A stretch of 61,746 nucleotides of DNA, counting the filler, from Choristocarpus tenellus KU-1152 (Eukaryota > Protista > Phaeophyceae), in the NCBI GenBank assembly GCA_964200185.2. It is 9 parts of 9 records of this genome, joined end to end, with 100 filler letters (N's around TTAATTAATTAA, not from the genome) between each part and the next. Parts side by side here need not be neighbours in the genome. Positions count along the whole stretch, not along the records: positions 1 to 16,895 come from CAXNAD020000749.1; positions 16,996 to 20,505 come from CAXNAD020019542.1; positions 20,606 to 24,704 come from CAXNAD020016218.1; 6 more parts are not named here. One strand, 5' to 3'. How positions within the stretch are numbered: the stretch's first letter is position 1; every line of letters begins with the position of its first letter. Shown piece after piece: positions 13,701 to 24,804 of the stretch. A program made the translations under genes and the position numbers. The notes under the pieces are model-generated. The model made no database searches, was not told where the DNA came from, and saw only the letters and a list, made by a program, of their open reading frames with translations.

Positions 13701-13834
13701 GAGGGCAATGGGGAGAGGGGGCACTGTTATGGGCCCTATTCTATTTCTTACACACTTTGTCAGTGATGTGTCTTATATTTGCTGGTTGGAGATGCGCTCA
13801 CCATCGATCTTGGGTTAAGTACAAAATGAGCTAA
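10735..13834 (+). CDS. Conserved uncharacterised membrane protein, Arabidopsis At3g28720-like family (~830 aa)
   Basis: Exon 1 10735..11259 (donor GTATGT) and exon 2 11867..13834 (acceptor CCCACAG), phase 0. Has an N-terminal hydrophobic segment and a C-terminal TM. Motifs ERYVWLDLGAVPFSWGP, RIVPVFIFSLD..PLLLD...AAFPDMVISVKTR, RPTLASLAQVMWG and DYLWSTG match my recollection of this plant/algal family. Start codon uncertain (10735 or 10756). Confidence 0.85.
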
Positions 13835-14510
13835 TGATTTTGACAATGCCTAATTCACATCTAGTTTGCAGTGAATCCCGCTACCTAATTTGAGGGTGGG
13901 ACACTGACAACAACAAAAAATAGTCTGTGCACTACCTAGATCTGCCGGGAATATTTACTGCACTTATATGAGGCCAGAGATTTCCTCAGGGTTTTATGGG
14001 CCCCTGCACTTGGAAATGAGACCTCTACATATAGGTGGAAGAATATTTGAAAGAAAAAAAAATGTACCGTTGCTATTTTTTGCACTTTGATCGTCTGTAA
14101 CCATTGGTATCAGTACGTTTATGCCTATGAAGATACAATGTGACTGAGCAATCCTTTGATGTGGGTAGTTGATCGGGAATACAATCTAGTAAGTCGGGAA
14201 TGACTCAGTGGAGAGCTTTGCCTTGTTTCTTTGGATGAGACTGAACAAAACATAAGGTATGGCCCTATTGATTGATTTGCTCATTGTGTTCAAGGGGCTT
14301 GAAGGAAAAGAGCATAAAGGGGAAATCACAAAGAAGAGTCTTGGATGCCTGGACTCCTTGTTTCTCTACCTAGGTATTTGGAGTTTGAATTGAAGTCGTC
14401 CAGCTGCTATCCAAGCAGTGATTTGCACGAGAAGGTCAAGAAATTTCAAACTTCGATTCTCCAAGTGCTTTCAGTGACAGCCAGCCATACATGGCTGTAT
14501 CTATGTTACG

Positions 14511-16154
14511 CTTCCTCCGTTCGGAATTAAATGTAACATAACTTTCCCTGCTGCAAGGAACAAATAATTTTTTTTCGTGGTCATATTTGATTGATGTGTT
14601 GTGGCGGACACTAAACGTTGACCACCAAAATCTCAATCAAAATGGGCCAGCTTACACCTATGATTCTGCCCCCGATGTCCTCCAAAACTCCATTCCAGCG
14701 TGGTATTTCGCTGCATCTACTGGGGCATTCTGGGGGAGCTTGCCCGCCCTCTCAGCCTTTTCCTTGCTAAGATGGAGAATATTGAAGACGGTGTCACCCT
14801 TGGACCCCACCACTTGACCGTATACTGCTAAGAGGCTCTGCCAGCCACACTCTAGTTGTCTCTCAGGGGTACACATCGAACACCTCTATTATGGCCTCTG
14901 TAAGCTCCTCTGTGTTGGGCACCCCCACACCCTCCTTCAGTTGCTGGATGGAATGAAAGATTCCCAGATCATTGACATTGAGGTCAGGTGAGTTGGCTGG
15001 CTGGTTCTCTATGACGACACTGTCCCCCACCGCCTCCTTGGTGTGTGGCTTTGCCCCATCCTGCTGCACGAAGATGGCCATAAGGTTCCTGTACCTCTCC
15101 CTGTCCACCATGGCTGGCACAAGCACCTTGGTGCCCTTTGGGTGGTATTTGCTGGAACACTGAGCAACCTTAATGTCCATGATTGGCGACCTCCCAATTT
15201 GCCCATCAAACCACACCCCTGTTGGAGAGCTTCCTAAGGGGCCACAGCTGCAAGGAACATCACCTTCGTAATGTAACGCTTATTTTGTACCCGTGGGGGG
15301 GTGGTGGGGTCCTCACTGGGGTGCGGGTACACATCTTGCCCATATTTGAGGATGTAAAACCACTTCTCAGTCACATGCACCCAGTCATATAGACCGTCCA
15401 CTAATACCCCACTCCCCCCCCTCCTGTATGTGTGGATGATGACCAAGCCCACCCAATTGACTTTCTGCTGGTCTGAGAGGACTGGCTTAATCCACCACTT
15501 GACCTTCACCTTCATGCGATTGCACAGATCCCATAACAAGGCAAGGTAGACCCCAGCTTTGGCCGTCCATTTGTGGATGAATGTGTCGTATACCAATGGG
15601 ACATACCTAACACTGAGGATACTTGTGCGGCAGCCACATCACCCCTTTCAACATCGTACAAGGTCCATGCATTCACCCCGTGCGATCTAGCTTTCATAAG
15701 TATTCCTTCAGTTGACGGAACACAGCGATTCGGGAAATTTCGAAGTCCTTTGTGATGGCCACTGGCTTCTCCCAAAGTATCCAAGTCTCGTGCCACCACG
15801 CTGTCCTTCATTGGGGTGTTCGAGTCTGGACCCCATATAGACTTCTGGGCTGAAGAATTGGGACCAATGCGTAGGTAGAATGAGCGAGGCATTTGAACAA
15901 CAGGGGGCCTTCACCCTACACATCCCGATGAACAACTGGATTGAACGTTTCACGAGTTTTTGAACACCGTCAAGTGCGATTTGATCGACTTTACACTGGT
16001 GGTCCTCCACATTTATGAAAGCCCATCATCTCAAACTTTGCACACCTCCCAATCTAAATGAGAACGCCTCGTCCAGAGGGTTTATCACATGGGCAATTCC
16101 TAGGTGAGAACAGAGATGCGAAAGTTATGCTGCCATCATTCCCAATGTAGGAAG
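14511..16154 (-). mobile_element. Tc1/mariner element of the Stowaway/plant-mariner (DD39D-like) type, decayed but with both TIRs
   Basis: Left TIR CTTCCTCCGTTCGGAATTAAATGTAACATAACTTT (14511-14545) is an imperfect inverse of AAAGTTATGCTGCCATCATTCCCAATGTAGGAAG (16121-16154). It resembles the CTCCCTCCGT Stowaway terminus and encloses a transposase pseudogene. The TA TSD is not preserved (CG/CA). Confidence 0.75.
14658..15640 (-). pseudogene. Mariner-like transposase pseudogene
   Basis: Motifs KPVLSDQQK, WVHV(D>T)EKWFYI, VQNKRYITKVMFLAAVA, WFDGQIG, FVQQDGAKPH and QPANSPDLNVNDLGIFHSIQQL are spread over frames broken by stops, frameshifts and deletions. Confidence 0.9.
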
Positions 16155-16895
16155 CACTTGTTGTATTGTTTGATTTATATATATTGTAATGTACATCTAG
16201 TCGTAGGGATGAACCTCATATCGAGAAGCAAAGGAATATCTTGAGTTGGAACAAAACAATAATGGAAATGTGGGGGCAACCTGGAGTGTATAAAAGTTAG
16301 TTTGGATTCCTAACTTCGCATGGGATCCAAGATACAGGGATCATTTTAGCCCAACTGTGGAGTAAATCTTCAGCCTCTCGAAGAAAGCCAGAGACATTCA
16401 AAATGCTGTAAATTCTACTTCACTATCGATTCATCCCATGAAATATATATGGAATGAAAGTTGATATCCTAATATTTCGATCAATCTGGAGTAGCGCCTT
16501 CAACTCATGATACGACTTGTGGTAGGGTGCACAATTTGAATAAGCGGAGTATCTCTGTTTATTGGGGCATTTTGTACTTTCATTTTGGCACAAAATTGTT
16601 TTTCCAGTTTACGACATGAAACCTATGCAATTGGAATACTGATACACACAGGAACCATATATGCGTTTTCGGTAACCCAAATTGTAGTGTTTTGAAAACT
16701 AGAGACATGTACTTGATGGCAAAACAAATTATCTTTATAGATGATGACAATGGTCCCTTCAAATTACGTCTGAAGGGTCTACCAGTATTCAACGAGGAAC
16801 CTGCAAATACATGTTTCACTCTCCTCTGTCAGCAAGGGAACCTTGGTCTGACCTCTTCTCCACACATACCCCAGGTGTTCCAGGATGCCACCCAG

Positions 16896-16995
16896 NNNNN
16901 NNNNNNNNNNNNNNNNNNNNNNNNNNNNNNNNNNNNNNNTTAATTAATTAANNNNNNNNNNNNNNNNNNNNNNNNNNNNNNNNNNNNNNNNNNNN
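16896..16995. other. Artificial contig linker
   Basis: 44N-TTAATTAATTAA-44N; stops in all six frames. Confidence 0.98.
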
Positions 16996-17954
16996 CCGAG
17001 ATTTACCCCTTTTCCCCCCCCCCCCCCCTTCCCTTCTCCCCCCCTTTTTGTGGTCCCCTCATTTTTTCATAACCCCCCCCCCCCCCCCCCCCTTCACCAT
17101 TTCCATTGTGCTCTTGTTCGCTGCTCCCGAAGACTGGAAATATCTGACTTGTCTTGCCCTTCTTTTGTTTTCTTCTCGAGGCACTCAGCTCAAGTATCCA
17201 ATCTCTCTCCTTTCTCTTTGTGTTATACCTTATTGACAAGGGTACCGATGGGTCAGAGGCAAAACACATCCTGTGTTCCCTTAGTCCCCTTCCGACATTT
17301 TGGAAGTGCTGACAATGTGAGTCTGTGCTTGGGTAGTGACTGACCATACTGTTGGTTACTTCTACACCTGAAGTCGGCAATTGCAATGCAGGTGAATGCA
17401 AATAAACAGTGAGAGCATCACCGGACGACAAGAGTGAGCATATGAATAGTGTGGAGCCTACTCTACAGAAAATTAATACACACGGAACGCACAACAGTAA
17501 CGCTATTAGGACCTCCATGCATCATCTCGAGGTCTTCTGCCATTAGAGGGAGACCTTGAAGTCATGGTCTGCAGCACAGGCATTGATGCGATCTGTTATA
17601 GATAATAAGGTGGCCCTCACTCTTGCATAGCCTCAAGGTCACAAAGAGAGACCTTGAAGTCATTATCTCCAGTGCAGGCCATTGATGCGACCATGAGCGA
17701 ATGTCGTCAACACATGTTTGAAAGGCTCGTTCCTCACTAGGGATATGGCGTCTGAGCCACATGTGTGACAATGCAGACCCTTTCTCCCCAATTCGAGAGA
17801 AGTGGAGGTTGATATTGATCAAAAACGTCCCAAGGAGTCCACAAAACCACGAAGGATGGCTCCAGGAGATCCCAATGAGCCAATAACAAACCCATGCGGT
17901 GAGGTGAGTATTCTCTCCGGTATTAAAAAACAAGGTAGGACCTCCATGTTACAA

Positions 17955-18975
17955 ATACTCCACAGCTTACTGTGATGAGAGACAAGATACGTAGATCCAA
18001 TCCAGAAGCGTGTGGGCTGATGAGTGAGACTCACAGACGGCGTCATGATGGAAATATGACCAAATATACTGGATCTCTCATTTTGATTATTCACTTTATG
18101 ACTTGATTAAGGCACATAGAAATAACTGGCAGACATGCGGATTGAAAGGTTCTACAATGACTGAATAATGAATAGATAGTCAAGAAGCACAACACATAAA
18201 ATCTAGGACTTCAAGCTCATAACGGGGTTTGTGAAACCGCCACTAAAACCCATCACCTGTAACATATTTACTCTGCATGCACTACAGCCTTTGCTTGGCA
18301 CTGTTTCCGCCACTACTACAGGATACAATTATATATGGTCGTGATCAAAAAGCTTTCCAGGGGAATCGGGTTTTGATTGTCCGCATGGTGGTCAACGCGG
18401 AGGAGTTGGCTTCAACGGTACAACACCTATATCTCCTGGTCTGTCACTAAACCCAAGAAGATTGCAATCAGGTGAATACTACCTTGCAAGATCCAAGTGA
18501 GGAAGAAAAGCATCAAGTTGTAGGGGGGTTCAAATCAGTTCACAAGAAAAAATTAAGGCGCCCTTCTGGCAGAGCAATTAGTTGTTGTGCAACAATTAGT
18601 TCATAGTTAACGAGAAGAAATATAGTTTGTAGCGCCACCGACTGTTACAAAAACGCTCCCAGCTGCTTACCGTGATGGGATATGTAACTCCAATCCACAA
18701 CCCTGGAGTAGGCTGATGAGAGACTCAAAGATGATACTATACCACCAAAAATATATAATTGAATTTCCTGGGTCTATCACTTAGATTACTCACTTTATGA
18801 TTTGATTGACGTAAGAAAAGGGCATGGGTAAATAATGGGCTCACAATTACTACTAATAAATAATATAAATAAAAGTCAAGAGGTAAACAACTTAAATAAT
18901 CGAGGACTTCAAGCTTATAATAGTGTGTATGAAACCCCCATTAAGACCGATCGTCTGTGACATGATCACTGCAAG
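17955..18975 (+). repeat. Pair of diverged ~320-bp direct repeats (17955..18280 and 18652..18975)
   Basis: Shared blocks in the same order: GCTTAC(T/C)GTGATG, TCCAATCCA, GGCTGATGAG..AGACTCA, TCACTTTATGA(C/T)TTGATT, AGTCAAGA, AGGACTTCAAGCT(C/T)ATAA, TGAAACC. Confidence 0.8.
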
Positions 18976-20440
18976 TTAAGGCTACCTAGGGTCATCAAAG
19001 AAGTGACTCCAAGGAATTGGACAGTCACAAATAGTAGTAGGAAAATAAAATAATATTTCGCCGTAATAGTGTTGTGATATTCCTAGTAAGTGTATAGTTT
19101 TGTTTTTCATAATTTCTGATCGTTGACTGAGCGATCTCTATTGAATTCCAGATATGCTACCCAATGATATCATTCAGGGGTAATTCCCTTTGTTTGCACC
19201 TTTATGCCACCCACTGGTTACATGACTATCTCTCAGGGAGATTTGACTTGGTGACCAAAAGTGTTCGTTAGAAGTCTCTCTTTGTCCTTCTGTTCGCCCT
19301 AATTTTTCACAGTGGAATGAGGTCCATCTAGTGTTGTGAGGGAGGAGCATTTGCTGGCAACAATCATCCCGATATAAAATATATTTTTTCTATCTATTTC
19401 TACTACTCAATGTGAACAACATCGGAGTAACGACCTCCCTTTATCACACCTTCCGGTGGGTAGAAAACGTAGGTAGTCAGAGATGCGGAATCTGCACTTT
19501 AGTCATGCAACCCAAAAGACCGAGGTGGGAGTATGGTCTGCGCACTATTTGTAACATGCTGCTGTGTTCGTACCTGTTCCTCAGATGAACATGTCGAGAA
19601 GATGCTATTCCCTTTCTCTCCTGAGAGTCCCTTCTAACAATATCCTCTTGTTTGCTTGGTCCCTGCACCTGTCGCATTTACTTCTTTGTGGGTTCTCCAC
19701 AGAATCAAACCTGTCTATAGAACTGCTTGTGCTCAGACAAAAACGATTGCGACAATGTTTTGGACAAATCTTGTTGAGTAATAACTGCGAAGAGTACTCC
19801 TGTGTCTCGCTTGCAACGACAACCATAAAGAAGTACTTACAGCTGACATTCCTTGACCAGGATATGGTACAGCAGGGAGCAATGCTTGGTGTGTGTACGG
19901 GGGGACTGTGCCGTGTAGTAACCACTGTGCCAATGCAGCTTGAGGAGAAATGTAGCAGGGTGTGTGTGTGTCTGGTTAAAACTGGGGAAGTCTGTGCTGG
20001 AGGAGGGAGAGGGAGAAAAGATCCACTACTCAACGTACATGTGTAATTGTGTGTTCTGCGTATCACATCGGCCTTCAGAGTGGCTAACAGGGAGGAATAG
20101 TCTAATGATGAAAGCATGACAGACCAAGGCCCTGACACACAGCAAAACAAATCACATTCTGCCCCAACTGAACCCTCAAATAATGTTTGACAATAATGAT
20201 GGACTAAAAGTAGATGGGAAAGGGAGGACGTCTGACGTTAGATGCAACGCGCACTGATTCAGAGAAAGTGGATGAGGTGTTTATTTCTCCATGGGTTTAG
20301 GGTATAGAACATTTTTTCCCTGTCGACTATGACCCCCCTCTTCATTTTTTAAGCAAGAAGAGTTGCTGATTGTTCAGGCTGGGTATCATCAAATTACCAA
20401 CCTAATAGCAGAAAGTATGTCGATTGTGAGTATCTCGAAA

Positions 20441-20488
20441 TAACAGTGGATTTTCAAAACTGAGGATGGAGCGGGACTATGAGGATGG
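20441..20488. repeat. Terminal-repeat-like motif with doubled TGAGGATGG
   Basis: TAACAGTGGATTTTCAAAACTGAGGATGGAGCGGGACTATGAGGATGG; homologous to 61700..61746 and to the reverse complement of 58608..58649. Confidence 0.75.
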
Positions 20489-20505
20489 TTGTTTTGCGAA
20501 AACGG

Positions 20506-20605
20506 NNNNNNNNNNNNNNNNNNNNNNNNNNNNNNNNNNNNNNNNNNNNTTAATTAATTAANNNNNNNNNNNNNNNNNNNNNNNNNNNNNNNNNNNNNNN
20601 NNNNN
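20506..20605. other. Artificial contig linker
   Basis: 44N-TTAATTAATTAA-44N. Confidence 0.98.
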
Positions 20606-21394
20606 TATATAAAATGTCCTCAACATAAGAATACTATAAGACAATGCGTGGAAACCACTAATCAGTTCAAGTATTGTCCACAGCGATTTCACACGGTTGG
20701 GTACACAAGAAAAAGAGCAGATGTTGTGATGACGGTCGGAAGTACCAAGCGTGAAAATGATCGATGCCAATAAAATAGAAGATCTGGCAAAGGACAAGTT
20801 TAATGACACACGACAGAATGCAACAACATATATATACGGAGAGAAGAGGCAAAGTCTTAGGAAGAAGTACCAGGAGAGGAGGATTAAGGGAACAAATAAT
20901 ATTCTTTCCCACTCAAATATCCTCTTGATTATGTACGTTTAAGTTATATGATTGGGGGGGCTTGGTCAAGGTTGGGCGGGACATAGATGTCTATACTTCA
21001 AAGACATGATGATGCGGGAGTGGATAAAGGCGGAGTGTTTTATATGATGTGCCATGTTGTTGAAGATTATGGAGTATTGAGGAGGAATGTGAAGTGTCGT
21101 GGATGGAAGTGGGTGGAGCGTTTTAGGTGGATCTGTATGGGAGTTGATACACCGAAAATTGTTGCACGGGTTTTGAGTGGATACCTAGAAATTTGCCGCA
21201 AAGATTAAGGTTTAGACTACTTTCGTCCTTGCTTGGTTGTCCGCTTCTTAACCACTATTTCGATCTATCGGGGTGGTGGATGTCGAATGTTCCAATGCCG
21301 ATATTTGATTGCCGATACCACATAGTGACACCAAGAAGTTGGACCAGACGTATTCCTGCGATTCTATCCTCATTTATTTAAAGATCTTCATGGA

Positions 21395-21756
21395 GAGTGA
21401 AAGTATCTTAGAGGGTACGATTTTGCCCTGTTTGTCTATTTGGGGCTTGGCGTCCCACGAGTTTTTTTGTAACGTTTTACCTACTCCAAAATGTTTCGAG
21501 TAGTAGGTAAAATGTATACGTTATGAGAAGGTGTGTCCAGAATAAGGATATTGACACTTTAGGGCTAATAACGACATATATATATATAGTTTTCATTGGT
21601 TTCCCCCTGACACATCATCTGCTAAATGTCAGAGGGCATAATAATAAACTATTGAGATCTCCTAACAAACATGATAGCCAAAATTACATCAAAATTGCTA
21701 CATTGGATTTTGACCCCCAAATGGACACAGCTCTACCCTCCAAGATACTTTGACTC
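21395..21756 (+). mobile_element. MITE family A copy carrying a 101-bp insertion (21560..21660)
   Basis: Family A TIRs; flanks TGGA/TGGG. The consensus GACACTT|CCTAACAAAC is interrupted. Confidence 0.9.
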
Positions 21757-22101
21757 TGGGCCCAACCTGGTCCAGAGATCCAGCATCGAAGCGATACAAA
21801 TTGTGTTTCTTGTGCGAGAATACTACTATACTACATATATGTACGTGAAGGTTGGCATTCATGGAAACACAGGAGAGGGCATGGTTGACTGAACTGCAAA
21901 AGCTGAACATACACATTGTAAGGAAGAATGATCTCCGTGCCTTGTTCTGTCAAAGTTGTATCCACACTCTGCAGGTTACCAGAAAGCGAAGGGTTATGAT
22001 TACGGTAGTGCCAAACCAAGTGTCATGACATCACCTGAACGCGAGGAAATATAGCGGATAAGTAGAGAGGGAGATAATTACGGAAGTGAGTAATGAGTGA
22101 T

Positions 22102-22360
22102 GAGCCAAACCAATTGAGAGGTAGACAAGTTTGGACTCTTTTGAATTCTAAGCCATATTTCTTACCCTGTGCAATACACTCTATTTCATTGGTCTCTGTG
22201 TGCAATAGTGTAAACAAAATTGACACTCACCCTTTCTACAGACAAAGCAACAACATAATTATGCAAAGGCTCTTTCGACAATTGTAGAAAACGACATCTT
22301 CTGGCCCTTTCTTGGGATCCCAAAAATGCAACCCTGCCTACCTCTCAATTGGTTCAGCTT
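22102..22360 (-). mobile_element. MITE family C copy
   Basis: TIRs GAGCCAAACCAATTGAGAGGTAG / CTACCTCTCAATTGGTTCAGCTT; exact 4-bp TSD TGAT/TGAT. Confidence 0.9.
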
Positions 22361-22530
22361 TGATATCATGTACAAAATGCTGACCAAAAGAGGCAACAAA
22401 GATTACGTTACATACAACTAGGAACAACTAGCAAATAGCAAGGAATGGAAAATACAAGCAGCTGGAGTGCAACTGTTTTATCCTTTATTTTCAGATCTAT
22501 CTCCTAAGATACTTTGAATATTCAAAGTAT

Positions 22531-23290
22531 TAAGTCCTTTGTCTTTTTGTCAAGCAAGGAGATGCTATGCACCATTCAACCTTCAGCTTGAAGCCAAAAC
22601 AGCAAAGTAGGCACCATCGGTATTGTTGCTCCACGATCCTGAGAAGGCCTGCACAAGCACCATCCGCCAAAACAATTTCGACGCTTTGTTCACAAACGGC
22701 ACCAACAGCCCTGCAAGGTATGGCATATCCTTCTCGGGCCCCTGCTGTTAAATAATTAGGCGTTTCTCTTCGATGCAGTTTGAGCGTTGGATATTGACCG
22801 TAGGGTCTCCCTGCAAGTCTGTCTATATTGACATGCAGCAGAAAAATATGTGAGGCGTGTGAGGTGTCAACAAGCGTCACGATTTTCTTGATGTTGAGAC
22901 AACTGTAACCAAAGTCCTTGCCTGTACGTTTGCCCACCCATCGATGGATAGTGTACACCCAAATTTATCGTGGAGAAATCCAGGTTTTCAGGTCCTTCTT
23001 CACGAGGAAGTTGTGAAGAGAGTAAGAGGACCTGTTGGACCTATCAGTATCGTAATTCCGTCAAAGCACAACTCTAGTACAGGTCACAACGGAGAGGCAT
23101 TCCATACGTCAGTTGATAGAACTTAATAGGCAAACACAACTTGCTGACACCTTTGTCTACCGTATACCTTCATCCATCCATTGCTTCGGCAATTTTTGTG
23201 GCGAGTGTACACATCGTCACGGTCGTAAACAACGCCTCTGCGAGCATTATTCCCCGGAAAAATTACCGTCCAAGGCAGGTTGTTATGCTA
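22531..23290 (-). pseudogene. hAT transposase remnant (DUF659-type region)
   Basis: Minus-strand frames give KFGCTLSIDGWANVQARTLVTVV (GCS/T..DGW motif), VEIVLADGACAGLLRIVEQQY (V.TDNA-like) and a WCIA(H)-like motif. Multiple stops and frameshifts; boundaries approximate. Confidence 0.65.
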
Positions 23291-24612
23291 TTAACTAAAT
23301 GTGCTCTTTAATTGCAAGTACTTTTTATTTTTGTAAGAAAATTAATTATTTTTACTGAAATATAGTACGTTTTAGTAACATTTTGGATCAATGGAAGGAG
23401 CACAAAAAAAGTGCCCTTGTCTAATTTTTGTTTAATTATATGTATTCTGAAGTATGAACTGTTTATCTACATACTACGTTCAAGTACTGACAGGTCGGGA
23501 GATTGCCAACATGCATCCGATGCCCGAGGATTCATTTCCAATCACCTGGGAAATGGGATGTTAGGATGTAGGTGTAGCTGATTCACTCTTAATTATACCC
23601 AAGGTTACGGAGTATTTTTTCTTCTGACCCTGATCAAGTCATGGTTCTACGGTGTTGATACGATTTCTTACATACAGGACTACGTTTACTCCGTGCTTGA
23701 ACTCTCCCTTTTCATTGGTAACATTTGCAAGGATGATGAAGACCACATCACAACTTCGGAAGTGTAACCCATCTCCTCACTTGATTGAATTGCGTAACGA
23801 CAAATCCAGTTTATTTGCCCTTGATTCAACGTTGCAAACTCATAAACCCAACCAAAACTTCACAGTAGAGCTACCACAGAAATGTACGTCAATTAAGGAA
23901 CGTAAATCTCAGTCTTGACATCTGGTTCAAAACCACAACAACAAACGTTCAACTTTAATCCCCCTCATCCCCTCACTCCAACCTATCTAAAAGCACGGTT
24001 CATCTCTGACTTTCTGTTGACATTTAGTTTTATTACCCCTAGAGAGGACGAACGTAACGTACTTTTTATGCGAGCAATCCATTTCTAGTCTTATTTTTGA
24101 ATTGTGTTCGAAAACCTTGAGAAGCAGGTCGCGGACTTGGATACTCCATCTCTCCCTACAATTTGAATACAATTTTCTACCTTAAAGCAATTAACTACCC
24201 GCTGCTCTTACTACATAGTACAAGCGTAATTTTTGATACCTTGTTCACCTAAGCACCCCTACCGAAGGATATATAAAGTTCTAGGCAGATTCAAGTTGTA
24301 GAGTATTTCCTTCGTCATCAGGAGACACGCTCCCCTAATTGCGCTAAGGGGACTGGCAGGGGTGTAGTTCCTCTTAGCTAGGTAGGTGTACAATAGGGTT
24401 AGGTTAAGTATTCGTAAATATGGTGTCTGCATTCGGTACACCTCAAATCTTGAGATTTAGGTTGGTCTGTATAAACGGAGAAACCTTTGGGAGATGAGCT
24501 GAAGGATATACACGGACGGGGAACACATTTTCTACACACTATTGGAGGAGGCACCATTACTATCTGTAATATAAAATATTTCAGATATATTTTTGAAAAA
24601 GTTGGACAAGAA

Positions 24613-24704
24613 GGGTCAAAGTATCTGGGGGGGGGAGGTGGTTTGAGAGGGGGCGTCCGTTTCAGTCGAACAACCTTTCTTTTTGCTGACATTTCAAATC
24701 CGAC
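24613..24704 (+). mobile_element. MITE family D end, truncated by contig end
   Basis: GGGTCAAAGTATCTGGGG...GGTGGTTTGAGAGGGGGCGTCCGTTTC; matches the reverse complement of 48688..48743. Confidence 0.75.
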
Positions 24705-24804
24705 NNNNNNNNNNNNNNNNNNNNNNNNNNNNNNNNNNNNNNNNNNNNTTAATTAATTAANNNNNNNNNNNNNNNNNNNNNNNNNNNNNNNNNNNNNNNN
24801 NNNN
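24705..24804. other. Artificial contig linker
   Basis: 44N-TTAATTAATTAA-44N. Confidence 0.98.

Noticed and set aside
12000-13766. Overlapping alternate-frame and antisense ORFs
   Set aside because: Shadows of the GC-rich 2-kb exon; no independent motifs.
24242-24440. Possible solo LTR (TG...CA)
   Set aside because: No convincing TSD, second copy, PBS or PPT.
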